33,462 bases of DNA from NCBI GenBank assembly GCA_030595765.1, contig JAUVCJ010000001.1, positions 1 through 33,462 on the forward strand, written 5' to 3'. Each line of letters starts with the position of its first letter. The stretch's first letter is position 1. The stretch comes from Thermoplasmatota archaeon. GTDB taxonomy: Archaea; Thermoplasmatota; Thermoplasmata; GCA-020350865; JAUVCJ01. The translations under genes and the position numbers were made by a program. Of the stretch, positions 13,915 through 22,207 are shown one piece after another. The notes below the pieces were generated by a model, which saw only the letters and a list, made by a program, of their open reading frames with translations, did no database searches and had not been told where the DNA came from.

Positions 13915-14093
13915 CGGAATACCTAATTGTTCATGTTAGCCTATGTTTATTTAGTTTTTGGAGTAAAATTAGTTTTTTGGTGGAATTAGTGTCTAGAATG
14001 AGACCTTTAGTGAAACTTTGGAGTGGAACAAAAGTGCTGCTAACGATTTAAACAATATCTAGCATCTAGCAAACATTTACACCAGGGCGAAGG

Positions 14094-14525
14094 TCAACCT
14101 ACCTGAAGCTCCCAGAGGTCGGTCTCGGGATTAAGCTCCCTTATCATTTTTGCCTTGCTTATCTTGTAAACTGCAATCTCATTTAGAACCCAGACAGTCC
14201 CTCTGTTGAGGTGGCCTCCAATGACCTTGTGGTCAGAGCCAGCTAGGTTTACATGGACGTGTATCATCATCTTCCCTTTACTGTTCCTGGCTGCAGTTCC
14301 CTGCATGGATGTCAGCTCGTGTGGCTCTACATGATGTTGAGTGTCATAGCCCTCTTCCTTGCCAGCAAAATAGCTCAGCTCAAAATCGGTCATCATGCCA
14401 ATGCCAACAGCAATAACTGCCGAGTCAATGCCATATTTCTCCAATGCCGCTTCCATGCTGGAGTGGAAGTCCTCGCCTGGATGCAATCGAATTATCAATA
14501 CCTCGTTGTCAAGTGATGTCTGCAT
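14094..14525 (-). CDS. PPC/DUF296 domain protein (PD1-like DNA-binding fold family)
   Basis: LIIRLHPGEDFHSSMEAALEKYGIDSAVIAVGIG… and …MMIHVHVNLAGSDHKVIGGHLNRGTVWVLNEIAV match the characteristic DUF296 pattern (HlH..l....g...GGHl..g.v..t.E). Confidence 0.65.
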   Translation of the reverse strand: MQTSLDNEVLIIRLHPGEDFHSSMEAALEKYGIDSAVIAVGIGMMTDFELSYFAGKEEGYDTQHHVEPHELTSMQGTAARNSKGKMMIHVHVNLAGSDHKVIGGHLNRGTVWVLNEIAVYKISKAKMIRELNPETDLWELQVG

Positions 14526-14663
14526 GAGCTTCCCTGTGAATGAAAACGAATTTGATGCTTATAGTCTTGATGGTTGCCTGCACCCAATTGTTTTCTTCAG
14601 GCTGTTGTAGCATTTGCTATTCATATGGTTATTCGGCTGATTATTCGATTTGAAAGCCAACTC

Positions 14664-14833
14664 TTTATTCCTAATTTATTACTAATTTACGTTATGAAAG
14701 TGCAGGAAGGAATTTCTCGAAAAGAGGGAGCGAAAAGGACGGCAATACCGCCTTGATAAAAGCTTCCTGGCCAGAATATGTGGGAGAGATTTTCTTGAGG
14801 ATTAGTAATAACAGAGTTTATTCCTAATTTATT
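14664..14833. repeat. Exact 17-bp direct repeat tttattcctaatttatt (14664..14680 and 14817..14833) plus 11-bp inverted repeat (14677..14687 / 14802..14812)
   Basis: Read directly in the 380-bp AT-rich spacer between the PPC gene and larB. Further attcctaat/attcctatt copies follow at 14834..14850. Confidence 0.7.
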
Positions 14834-14906
14834 CCTAATCCATTCCTATTCAAACAGCCACCCACGCCTGATAATTCTCGACATTGGACTCTGAATATCG
14901 ACCATT

Positions 14907-15593
14907 CTAATCTCTCGGCCCCTTCAGCCATCTCAACATCTTGGCCGCTGCTGCTGCTGCTCCAAAACCGTTGTCGATATTGACCACTGTTATGCCTGGA
15001 GCGCAGGAGTTAAGCATTCCCAGAACAGCGGAGAGCCCCCCCATTCCAGTTCCGTATCCCACCGAGGTTGGAACTCCAATCACTGGGGTCTTGATTCCTC
15101 CAGCGATCACCGACGGTAGAGCGCCTTCCATGCCTGCAACAACTATCAGAACATCCAGGTCGTGCTCTGTTATGAGTTGGACAGCTTGCTCCACCCTGTG
15201 GATGCCAGCAACTCCGCAGTCATAGCAACGATGGACCTTTAGACCCATGAACTCAGCAGATATTGCTGCTTCTTCAGCCACAAAATAATCAGAGGCTCCA
15301 GCAGAGAGTATTCCGATGTTTCCCTTTGAGTCAGGCCACTTGTAACCCTGCTGGGTCATCACCATGGTACCTGCAGTCCGGTCATAGGAATGCATGATAT
15401 CCTCGAAATTCTCAAGCAACATATCGATCTGTTGGTCTGTTGCCTTGGTGACCAGCACTTTTCCGTCTGGAAGTAGACCCATCACTGCTCCGATCAGCTG
15501 GGAGTCATCCTTGAACCTGGCAAACACCGCCTCTGGTATGCTGGATCTAGCCTCTCGCCCGGGATCTGCCTTCACGGGCGTGTCCTCATTCAT
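14907..15593 (-). CDS. larB: LarB, pyridinium-3,5-biscarboxylic acid mononucleotide synthase (PurE-like, nickel-pincer cofactor pathway)
   Basis: ILSAGASDYFVAEEA…VVAGMEGALPSVIAGGIKTPVIGVPTSVGYGTGMGGLSAVLGMLNSCAPGITVVNIDNGFGAA is the hallmark of the COG1691/LarB family. Confidence 0.85.
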   Translation of the reverse strand: MNEDTPVKADPGREARSSIPEAVFARFKDDSQLIGAVMGLLPDGKVLVTKATDQQIDMLLENFEDIMHSYDRTAGTMVMTQQGYKWPDSKGNIGILSAGASDYFVAEEAAISAEFMGLKVHRCYDCGVAGIHRVEQAVQLITEHDLDVLIVVAGMEGALPSVIAGGIKTPVIGVPTSVGYGTGMGGLSAVLGMLNSCAPGITVVNIDNGFGAAAAAAKMLRWLKGPRD

Positions 15594-15685
15594 GTTCTCA
15601 CCCTCCCATTTGCGTATTCATCATGACACTATCCATATCCCATTCTTGCTTGTGCTCATACCCATACCTGCCTGTAATCATATCC

Positions 15686-16525
15686 TCAAGCCTTCCCTAG
15701 GTCATTGGCACCACCCATCTTATATCCTTCCAAGTCCAAAGCAACGTGCAAAAAGCCCAAAGCCTTGATTGGCGGCACAATATCCCGTAGCTCAGCTAGG
15801 TTGGGTGTTTCGTCAGGGCCAAGCTCGATCCTAGCAAGCTCGCCTTGATGCCGTACCCGAACCTCACGATATCCCTGGCTCTTGAGCAGGTCTTCAGCCT
15901 TCTCTATCATTGTAAGCTTCTGCATGGTTATCTCACTGCCCCATGGGATACGGGAGGCCAAACAGGCCATTGCCGGCTTATCCCAGGTGGATAGCCCAAG
16001 CATTCTGGATATCTCACGGATATGTTCCTTGGTAAGGCCAGCATCCTGAAAAGGGCTAATAACCCCTAGCTCACCTGTAGCTTTGGCACCAGGACGATAA
16101 TCTGAAAGGTCGTCAATGTTGGACCCATCCAGCAGATGTGAGCAACCTCTGGATGTCATCAGCTCTTTTAGAGCTCCGAACAACTCCAGCTTGCAATGAT
16201 AGCAGCGTTTCGAACCGTTCCTGAGAATGGCTGGATCTGCAAATATGTCATGCTTCACCACCTCCAACTGGAGCTTATGGTCTCTAGCAAAGCTCATTGC
16301 AAACTCCAGCTCCTTTCGAGGTATGAAAGGGGAATCGATCAGACCAAGTTGGGTATCCGGCACAAGGCTTGAAGCAATAAAGGCCAGCAGGGAACTGTCT
16401 ACCCCGCCTGAGAACGCCACCAATGGCCTTTCCATTTCCTTTAAAGCACGAATGAGAGTGCGAAAACGCTCTCCACTGTCCTGAGACATCTTGTCTGCAA
16501 TGCTTAAAAGGTCAGTTTCATCCAT
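15686..16525 (-). CDS. larE: LarE, PP-loop ATP-dependent sulfur transferase (nickel-pincer cofactor pathway)
   Basis: The PP-loop is VAFSGGVDSSLLA. The COG1606-type core includes KRCYHCK (CxxC) and MACLASRIPWG. Confidence 0.85.
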   Translation of the reverse strand: MDETDLLSIADKMSQDSGERFRTLIRALKEMERPLVAFSGGVDSSLLAFIASSLVPDTQLGLIDSPFIPRKELEFAMSFARDHKLQLEVVKHDIFADPAILRNGSKRCYHCKLELFGALKELMTSRGCSHLLDGSNIDDLSDYRPGAKATGELGVISPFQDAGLTKEHIREISRMLGLSTWDKPAMACLASRIPWGSEITMQKLTMIEKAEDLLKSQGYREVRVRHQGELARIELGPDETPNLAELRDIVPPIKALGFLHVALDLEGYKMGGANDLGKA

Positions 16526-16582
16526 GCATCCCTATAATTTGCCCAAACCTACTTAAAGATACCATTGAAAGGAGTATCTGTA

Positions 16583-17395
16583 TCATTCCTTGGTAAGGCT
16601 TGCACTCATGCCGCAGCTCGGACATGTGATGGACTTATTTTTGGGGTTGAAATTAAAATCTTTTTTGCACGACGGACAGGTCACACTGGGCAAATAACTC
16701 CGAGAAGAGGGCTTAGTGGTTGCCGAGGCCATGGTTGTTACAGGAGGTGTAACAGGAGGAGTTACAGGAGGGGTGGTTGCTGAGGGAGCCTTATTCACTT
16801 CAGGAGGTAGTATCTGAATCTGAGGCGAAGGTGCAACTGACACACTGGCGGTAACGTTCTGATAGGGCTGCTCGATATTGACAGTGACACCATTATGCTG
16901 CCCATAGCTGGGATGATTCGAGGATATGTGGGCGATGAAGGCTGAACCAGCACCTATCATCCCCGAGGGAACTAAGAACATGCTAAGTTGGACGATTGCC
17001 TGACCCCAATCCACATTTGGAGTGTAGGAGTATCCAGCAGAAGTGGTAAAAGTCACTGGAAACTTGATGCTGATAGCTACTGCTAAAAATGAGATTATGA
17101 TTAACATGAGAAGCAGATAGCCTATCATTCCAGAGACACTGCCAATTAGAATAGCGGAAAACCTGCTACTACTAGACCGGCCCTGTGATGCGCCTGTGAA
17201 CAATGAGATTATCGGAGAAACGATTATAACAAGTAAGCACCCAGCGAGGCCGAACACGCCAGACAAAACGGAGTAGGAACCATTCAAAAAAACTATAGAG
17301 GAAAAATATGCCAGGCCAAATGCCAGGCCAACAAGAACAAAATATGTTACGCCAAAACCTATGCTTTTTACAAGCTCTATCTCTTTTTGATCCAT
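16583..17395 (-). CDS. Membrane protein (4 TM) with Pro/Thr-rich linker and C-terminal zinc ribbon, paralogue 1
   Basis: The TM helices include FGVTYFVLVGLAFGLAYFSSIVF and LLMLIIISFLAVAI. The linker is TPPVTPPVTPPVT and the C-terminus is LPSVTCPSCKKDFNFNPKNKSITCPSCGMSASLTKE. Confidence 0.7.
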   Translation of the reverse strand: MDQKEIELVKSIGFGVTYFVLVGLAFGLAYFSSIVFLNGSYSVLSGVFGLAGCLLVIIVSPIISLFTGASQGRSSSSRFSAILIGSVSGMIGYLLLMLIIISFLAVAISIKFPVTFTTSAGYSYTPNVDWGQAIVQLSMFLVPSGMIGAGSAFIAHISSNHPSYGQHNGVTVNIEQPYQNVTASVSVAPSPQIQILPPEVNKAPSATTPPVTPPVTPPVTTMASATTKPSSRSYLPSVTCPSCKKDFNFNPKNKSITCPSCGMSASLTKE

Positions 17396-17664
17396 TCTAA
17401 TCTCCGATGGAGTATCGGAATTTACCTCTTAATATTTTCACTCGCCTTTACATGCACGAAAGCAACGTTATTTGATATACCAGTAAGCCTCATCCAGCCA
17501 ATAAGATAAACCAGCCCTCTGTTTACTGAGCAGAAGGCGGCTTCTATCATCTAAGCCGAGAGCTCTCAATTCTAGATCTTGTATTGGAAAGGATAACTTC
17601 TTCTGATGCACTCAAGAAAATGTTTCTGCATTGGTCAAAAAACAAATAGGCACGTGGTCAAATC

Positions 17665-18537
17665 TCATTCCTTGCTAGCACTTCCCTTCATGCCACAGTT
17701 CGGGCAAGTTATGGATCGGTGTTCAGGGTTGAACCGGAATTCGGTATTGCATTCTGGGCATGTGATGCTGGGTAGGGGCTTGCCCAGTGTGGTCTCTGGC
17801 GCCTGTGGACTTTGGCTTCGATTTGGACTTAGACTTGGACTTGGACTTTGACTTCGATTTGGACTTAGACTTTGGCCTGGACTTTGATATTGATTTCGAT
17901 TTTGGGTAGATGGCCGGGGGGCTACTGCCATAGGAACAGGCGAGGTGTGAGGTGGTCGTGGTTGAGGATACGGGCTTCCCATCGGTTGCTGTGGATGCCC
18001 ATAGGCGTTGGGAGCATACCCAGTTGGTGTGTCTGGGAAATACCCGACAGGAGCCGGGCGCAGGAAAAAATATGCCAGGAAAGACGTGCCAGCTCCAATG
18101 AATCCTGCTGGCAGGAAGAATATGGCCATCCCGTATAATACAAGACCCCAGTCAACGTTCGAATAGTAGAAGTCTGTAGTTGAGGTGGTGGTGCCAGGCG
18201 GATATTTTATTCCCATAGCAGCCGCCATGAGGCCGATCACAATGAACATGAGAAGCATGTATCCCACCATTCCAGATATGCCGCCGCTGAGAATAGCGGA
18301 AATTGTGTTCTTACTGGTTCTGCCCTGGATCATGCCTGTGAACAGGGCGAGAATTGGCGCAATTACTATGAATAACAGGCTTCCAACTAAGCTAAACATT
18401 CCCATCACCAGAGAAGTTGAGGAATCTAAGGTGACTATCGAGAGAAAGGTGCCAATGCCAAATCCGAGGCCAACCACGATGAAGCATGCTATGCCAAATA
18501 CTATGCTTTTTAAAAGGCTCATCTCTGTTCGTTCCAT
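17665..18537 (-). CDS. Membrane protein (4 TM) with Pro/Ser-rich linker and C-terminal zinc ribbon, paralogue 2
   Basis: The start is placed at ATG 18537 (MERTEMSLLKSIVFGIA…) by alignment with paralogue 1 (MDQKEIELVKSIGFGVT…). Shared blocks are FTGxxQGRxS, SAILxGxxSGMxGYxLLM, SNVDWG and PxGxIGAG. The C-terminus is LPSITCPECNTEFRFNPEHRSITCPNCGMKGSASKE. The listed ORF extends to 18660. Confidence 0.7.
   Translation of the reverse strand: MERTEMSLLKSIVFGIACFIVVGLGFGIGTFLSIVTLDSSTSLVMGMFSLVGSLLFIVIAPILALFTGMIQGRTSKNTISAILSGGISGMVGYMLLMFIVIGLMAAAMGIKYPPGTTTSTTDFYYSNVDWGLVLYGMAIFFLPAGFIGAGTSFLAYFFLRPAPVGYFPDTPTGYAPNAYGHPQQPMGSPYPQPRPPHTSPVPMAVAPRPSTQNRNQYQSPGQSLSPNRSQSPSPSLSPNRSQSPQAPETTLGKPLPSITCPECNTEFRFNPEHRSITCPNCGMKGSASKE
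17808..17905 (-). repeat. 36-bp tandem repeat encoding SPNRSQSPSPSL-type linker
   Basis: cttcgatttggacttagact occurs at 17816 and again at 17852, and the surrounding ggactt/gacttt units are reiterated. Confidence 0.7.
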
Positions 18538-18691
18538 ATCGATCTCCAATAGGGATATCGAAAATGGGCTTTTTATGTCTTTCACAGCAAAGAGCCGAGC
18601 CGTATATCTCACAGGAAAAATGGTGCGGGAACTAGCTATTACCTGTTGCCAGGCAACCACGATATAATGAGTACAATTGCCCTAGCCGTCC

Positions 18692-19744
18692 TCATTCGCC
18701 TAGCTGAATTACTCTGCCCTCTTTTGCAGACTGGAACGATGCTTCTATCATCTGGACAGAGCGTTTACCGACCTGAACATCACACTGAGGAGAGCAGATT
18801 CCCTTGACGCACTCAAGAAAATGTCTCTGCTCCTCCTTCAGAGGCTCCTGCTTCTCGAACTTCACAGGTGTCTGCTCCCCCTGGGTGGATACCAGGTTCT
18901 CTTCACTGCCATCTTCATCATCGCCTCCTGAATCGCCGCTCTCTTCAGGATCCCTTTCTATGCTGGCTGGAAACAATGAAAGCTCGTCATGGACCATGTA
19001 GTCCACCTTGACGCTGGCCTTGGTCCCTACCACGATAAGGTCGCGTCTCCTCACTGTAGGGTCAAGCCAGCTTTCCGTTGCATAGGCCAACTGACCCCCT
19101 GGGAACTCCATGGTAATGGCGGTATGCTCATCAATGCCAGGTCTGTACCAGCTTCCAATGCTAGCTGAAATGGAGTCCGGCTTGGGTTGGTCCAGAATAT
19201 GGCAGAATAGATCCAATTCGTGAACTGCAAGTGCATGTATAACTCCCATGTCAGGTCTTGGAGCTCTGTAGGCCAGCCTGGAGCTGGACATGTAAAGAAC
19301 CTCGCCAAGCTCTCCATCGGAAAGCATCTGCTTGAGCTTTCGGATGGCAGGGTGAAACCGGAAAATATGGCCGACCATGAGGTGCTTACCGGTTGTTTCC
19401 ACCAGATCCACAAGTTCCTTGGCCTCTTCGCTGGTCTGGGTCATCGGCTTCTCAACAAGAACGTGCTTGCCAGCCTTTAGAAATTCCCTGGCCATGATAA
19501 AATGAAACGGTGTGGGTGTTGCAATGCAAACACCGTCAAGGTCAGGATCAGTTGCCAGAGAGACCGGGTCAGATGTCCAATCAACTCCGTATTGCTCGGC
19601 CTGCTCCCTTACGCGGGTCTCTTCCAGGTCGCACAGCACCAGCTCATCAAGCTCTCCAACCATCTTGAGCTCAGAGAATCCTCTCGCATGATTTTTTCCC
19701 CATCCCCCGGTTCCAATAACAGCCAGTTTCACCATTGATGTCAA
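18692..19744 (-). CDS. Gfo/Idh/MocA-family NAD-dependent sugar oxidoreductase (WbpB-like)
   Basis: The Rossmann motif is KLAVIGTGGWGKNHARGF and the EKP motif is VLVEKPMT. The context is an adjacent aminotransferase and acetyltransferase. An acidic insert, DPEESGDSGGDDEDGSEENL, lies near the C-terminus. Confidence 0.85.
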   Translation of the reverse strand: MTSMVKLAVIGTGGWGKNHARGFSELKMVGELDELVLCDLEETRVREQAEQYGVDWTSDPVSLATDPDLDGVCIATPTPFHFIMAREFLKAGKHVLVEKPMTQTSEEAKELVDLVETTGKHLMVGHIFRFHPAIRKLKQMLSDGELGEVLYMSSSRLAYRAPRPDMGVIHALAVHELDLFCHILDQPKPDSISASIGSWYRPGIDEHTAITMEFPGGQLAYATESWLDPTVRRRDLIVVGTKASVKVDYMVHDELSLFPASIERDPEESGDSGGDDEDGSEENLVSTQGEQTPVKFEKQEPLKEEQRHFLECVKGICSPQCDVQVGKRSVQMIEASFQSAKEGRVIQLGE

Positions 19745-19820
19745 CTCCTAAATTATCTCAGCCATCTGTATCCATATCTCGATCTGAGCGCTATCAACCT
19801 CAATCTGAGCGGTCGCAACC

Positions 19821-20915
19821 TCAACCCCCAAAGAAATTCCGTATCGAGGCGCACACCCGCTCCACCATCTCCTTGGTCAGCATTGGATGCATTGGCAGGG
19901 AAATGATCCGGTCAACGCAGGCATCGGTGTGTGGCAGAGAGGTCATGTCGATGTGCTGTTCGATGCAGGGCTGCTTGTGCAAAGGTACTGGATAATATAT
20001 TCCGGTTGCTACATCGTTCTTGTTCAGGTACTCGGCCAGTCCGTCTCTATCAGGAACCTGAATGGTATAGACATAATACGCATGCTCAGCCCATTCCATG
20101 GTTCTGGGTGTGATGACATCGGGCAGGTCTGCCAACAGCTCGCTGTACACAGATGCCCACTTTCTTCTGGCCTCCACCCAACCAGGCAGCTTCCTGAGTT
20201 GAGCCCTACCAACTGCTGAAGGGAGCTCACTGAGCCTGAAGTTAAAGCCAAGGATGTCGTGAACGTATTTGCTGGATCTTCCCTGATTGATAAGCTTGGA
20301 AACCTTTCCTGCCAGCTCCTCATCGCTGGTCACAACCATGCCTCCATCGCCAGCAACCGTCATGTTCTTCGAGGGGAAGAAGCTAAAGCAAGCTGCATGC
20401 CCAAGTGAGCCAGCTTTTCTCCCTTTGTAGGTTGCTCCATGAGACTGGCAGGCATCCTCGATAAGGGTCAAGCCATTCTCGTTGGCAAGCTCCATTAGTG
20501 GGGCCATATCTGCTGTATGGCCGTAGAGATGGACCGGTACGATTGCCTTTGTCCTCTCGGTTATCAGAGGCTTTACTGTATCAGCAGTGATGGTGTAAGT
20601 ATCTGGGTCAATATCAGCAAACACTGGCTTGACACCTAGATGCATCGCAGGGGTAACGGTGGCAGCGAAAGTATGCGAAGGCGCGATGATCTCATCACCT
20701 GGCTTAAGACCCAGAGCGGAATATAGAGCAAAAAGGGCTGTGGTGCCTGATGATGTTGCGACTCCGTGGCCGGCACCGCAAAAATCTGCAAATTCCTGCC
20801 CGAATGCCTTGACCTCGGGGCCGTTTATGTAATAGCCGCCATCCAGAACATCCATTGCTGCCTTTCTGATGTCATCGTCAACAAACATCTTGACAAGTTG
20901 TATCCTTTCACTCAT
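19821..20915 (-). CDS. DegT/DnrJ/EryC1/StrS-family PLP-dependent sugar aminotransferase (WbpE-like)
   Basis: Diagnostic segments are YINGPEVKAFGQEFADFCGAGHGVATSSGTTAL, a Schiff-base lysine in FFPSKNMTVAGDGGMVV, and GFNFRLSELPSAVG. Confidence 0.9.
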   Translation of the reverse strand: MSERIQLVKMFVDDDIRKAAMDVLDGGYYINGPEVKAFGQEFADFCGAGHGVATSSGTTALFALYSALGLKPGDEIIAPSHTFAATVTPAMHLGVKPVFADIDPDTYTITADTVKPLITERTKAIVPVHLYGHTADMAPLMELANENGLTLIEDACQSHGATYKGRKAGSLGHAACFSFFPSKNMTVAGDGGMVVTSDEELAGKVSKLINQGRSSKYVHDILGFNFRLSELPSAVGRAQLRKLPGWVEARRKWASVYSELLADLPDVITPRTMEWAEHAYYVYTIQVPDRDGLAEYLNKNDVATGIYYPVPLHKQPCIEQHIDMTSLPHTDACVDRIISLPMHPMLTKEMVERVCASIRNFFGG

Positions 20916-20996
20916 ACTTTTTCCTCCTATTTATCGCCTTATCACAATAATTCATTTATTCTCTCATCTGTAGACATATAACAATTATGCCAGCAC

Positions 20997-21638
20997 TCAC
21001 GCTCTTTCCTCCCATTCATAGGGAGTGTCGTAAAAATGAAGCAGGCAATCAAGGTCGTCCAGTGATTTCATAACTCTTGCTGGGCTGCCCACTGCAACCA
21101 CGTTATCTGGTATGTCCCGGGTCACTACCGAGCCAGCACCTATTAGGGAATTTTTACCTATTCTGACCCTTGGCATGAGGGTCACGTTTCCACCGATCTT
21201 GGCGTTCTCGCCAATGTAATTGGATCTGGCACACTCCTCGAATGAGGGACAAGGTGGGTGAATGGTGTTGAGGACGACAACGCCTGGGCCTAGCCACGCT
21301 TTCTTGCCGATCTCCACGAATTCCGGTATGAAACAGTTGGAGTGTATTCGCACCCCGTCTCCAATGATGTTGTCCCGCTCCACCACGCTATGAGTGCCTA
21401 TGCTGACATCGTTGCCTATGAGGTTGTTCTCCCTGACCATGACGCCATGGCCGGTCTGGAAGTTGTTGCCGATTATGTTGCCTGCATACAACACAGAATG
21501 GGACCTAATCACTGCATTCTCGCCTATGCGAAGTGGCTCAAAAGTCTTGCCGGGTGGGCACTGCCCTATGAGCACGAACTGCTCAAGCCTGTGGTTCTTT
21601 CCTATCACCACGTTGTTTGGTATGGGGGATTGTTCCAT
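20997..21638 (-). CDS. Left-handed beta-helix (hexapeptide-repeat) sugar N-acetyltransferase (WbpD-like)
   Basis: Reiterated [LIV]Gxxxx hexapeptides are present: IGENAVIRSHSVLYAGNIIGNNFQTGHGVMVRENNLIGNDVSIGTHSVVERDNIIGDGVRI…. Confidence 0.85.
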   Translation of the reverse strand: MEQSPIPNNVVIGKNHRLEQFVLIGQCPPGKTFEPLRIGENAVIRSHSVLYAGNIIGNNFQTGHGVMVRENNLIGNDVSIGTHSVVERDNIIGDGVRIHSNCFIPEFVEIGKKAWLGPGVVVLNTIHPPCPSFEECARSNYIGENAKIGGNVTLMPRVRIGKNSLIGAGSVVTRDIPDNVVAVGSPARVMKSLDDLDCLLHFYDTPYEWEERA

Positions 21639-21853
21639 CTATGACACCTCCAATATCTCCTCAAGGATCGCATCCAGAGCCGCATCCAGATATACCTCAT
21701 GGTTGGCACCATGGCTTCGTCCAGATTTGCCTCCTGGGTTGGCTCCAAGGCTGCCTCCAAGATTGACTTCAGGATTATCCTGGGAAACAGGTAAAATCCT
21801 AACGTGTCTTTAATGTTTTCCTACAGAGCACAAACTATTCTTAGCTGGCCTCA

Positions 21854-22165
21854 TTACATTTTCACTGCTGTTCCAAAGGCAATGAGTTCAGCGGCTCCCA
21901 CCATGGTCTGGGCAGTTGCGTATCTCATGCCTACGATAGCATCGGCATCGATCCGTCTTGCATCCTCTATGACCCTCTGCATGGCAGTTCTTCTGGCCTC
22001 TTCCATCAGCTCAGTATAACCTTTTGCTTCGCCGCCAACGATGCTTCTAAAACCAGCACCGATATCCTTTCCGATGTGTTTTGTCTGGACGCAGGAGCCA
22101 AAAACAACTCCCAGCACCTCGGTTATCTTTTTTCCTGGTATATTCTCAGTTGTTGTCACAAGCAT
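21854..22165 (-). CDS. YbjQ/UPF0145 (DUF74) family protein
   Basis: The full-length match to the family pattern is TTTENIPGKKITEVLGVVFG…GGEAKGYTELMEEARRTAMQRVIEDARRIDADAIVGMRY…. GGAGG lies 6 nt upstream of the ATG. Confidence 0.8.
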   Translation of the reverse strand: MLVTTTENIPGKKITEVLGVVFGSCVQTKHIGKDIGAGFRSIVGGEAKGYTELMEEARRTAMQRVIEDARRIDADAIVGMRYATAQTMVGAAELIAFGTAVKM

Positions 22166-22207
22166 TTCATTCCTCCTAATTTCAGGGTCTCGCCCCTATC
22201 ATTTTAG

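Noticed and set aside
14574-14756. A 60-aa plus-strand ORF in the AT-rich spacer.
   Set aside because: The peptide is hydrophobic and low-complexity, as is typical of AT-rich non-coding DNA. There is no RBS or promoter context, and it overlaps the repeat motifs.
21639-21853. A 42-codon minus-strand frame ending …HEVYLDAALDAILEEILEVS* whose stop abuts the acetyltransferase ATG.
   Set aside because: The frame has no ATG, GTG or TTG start after the upstream stop, so it cannot be called a gene. It may be a remnant or chance. The plus-strand ORF 21394..21813 is an antisense shadow.
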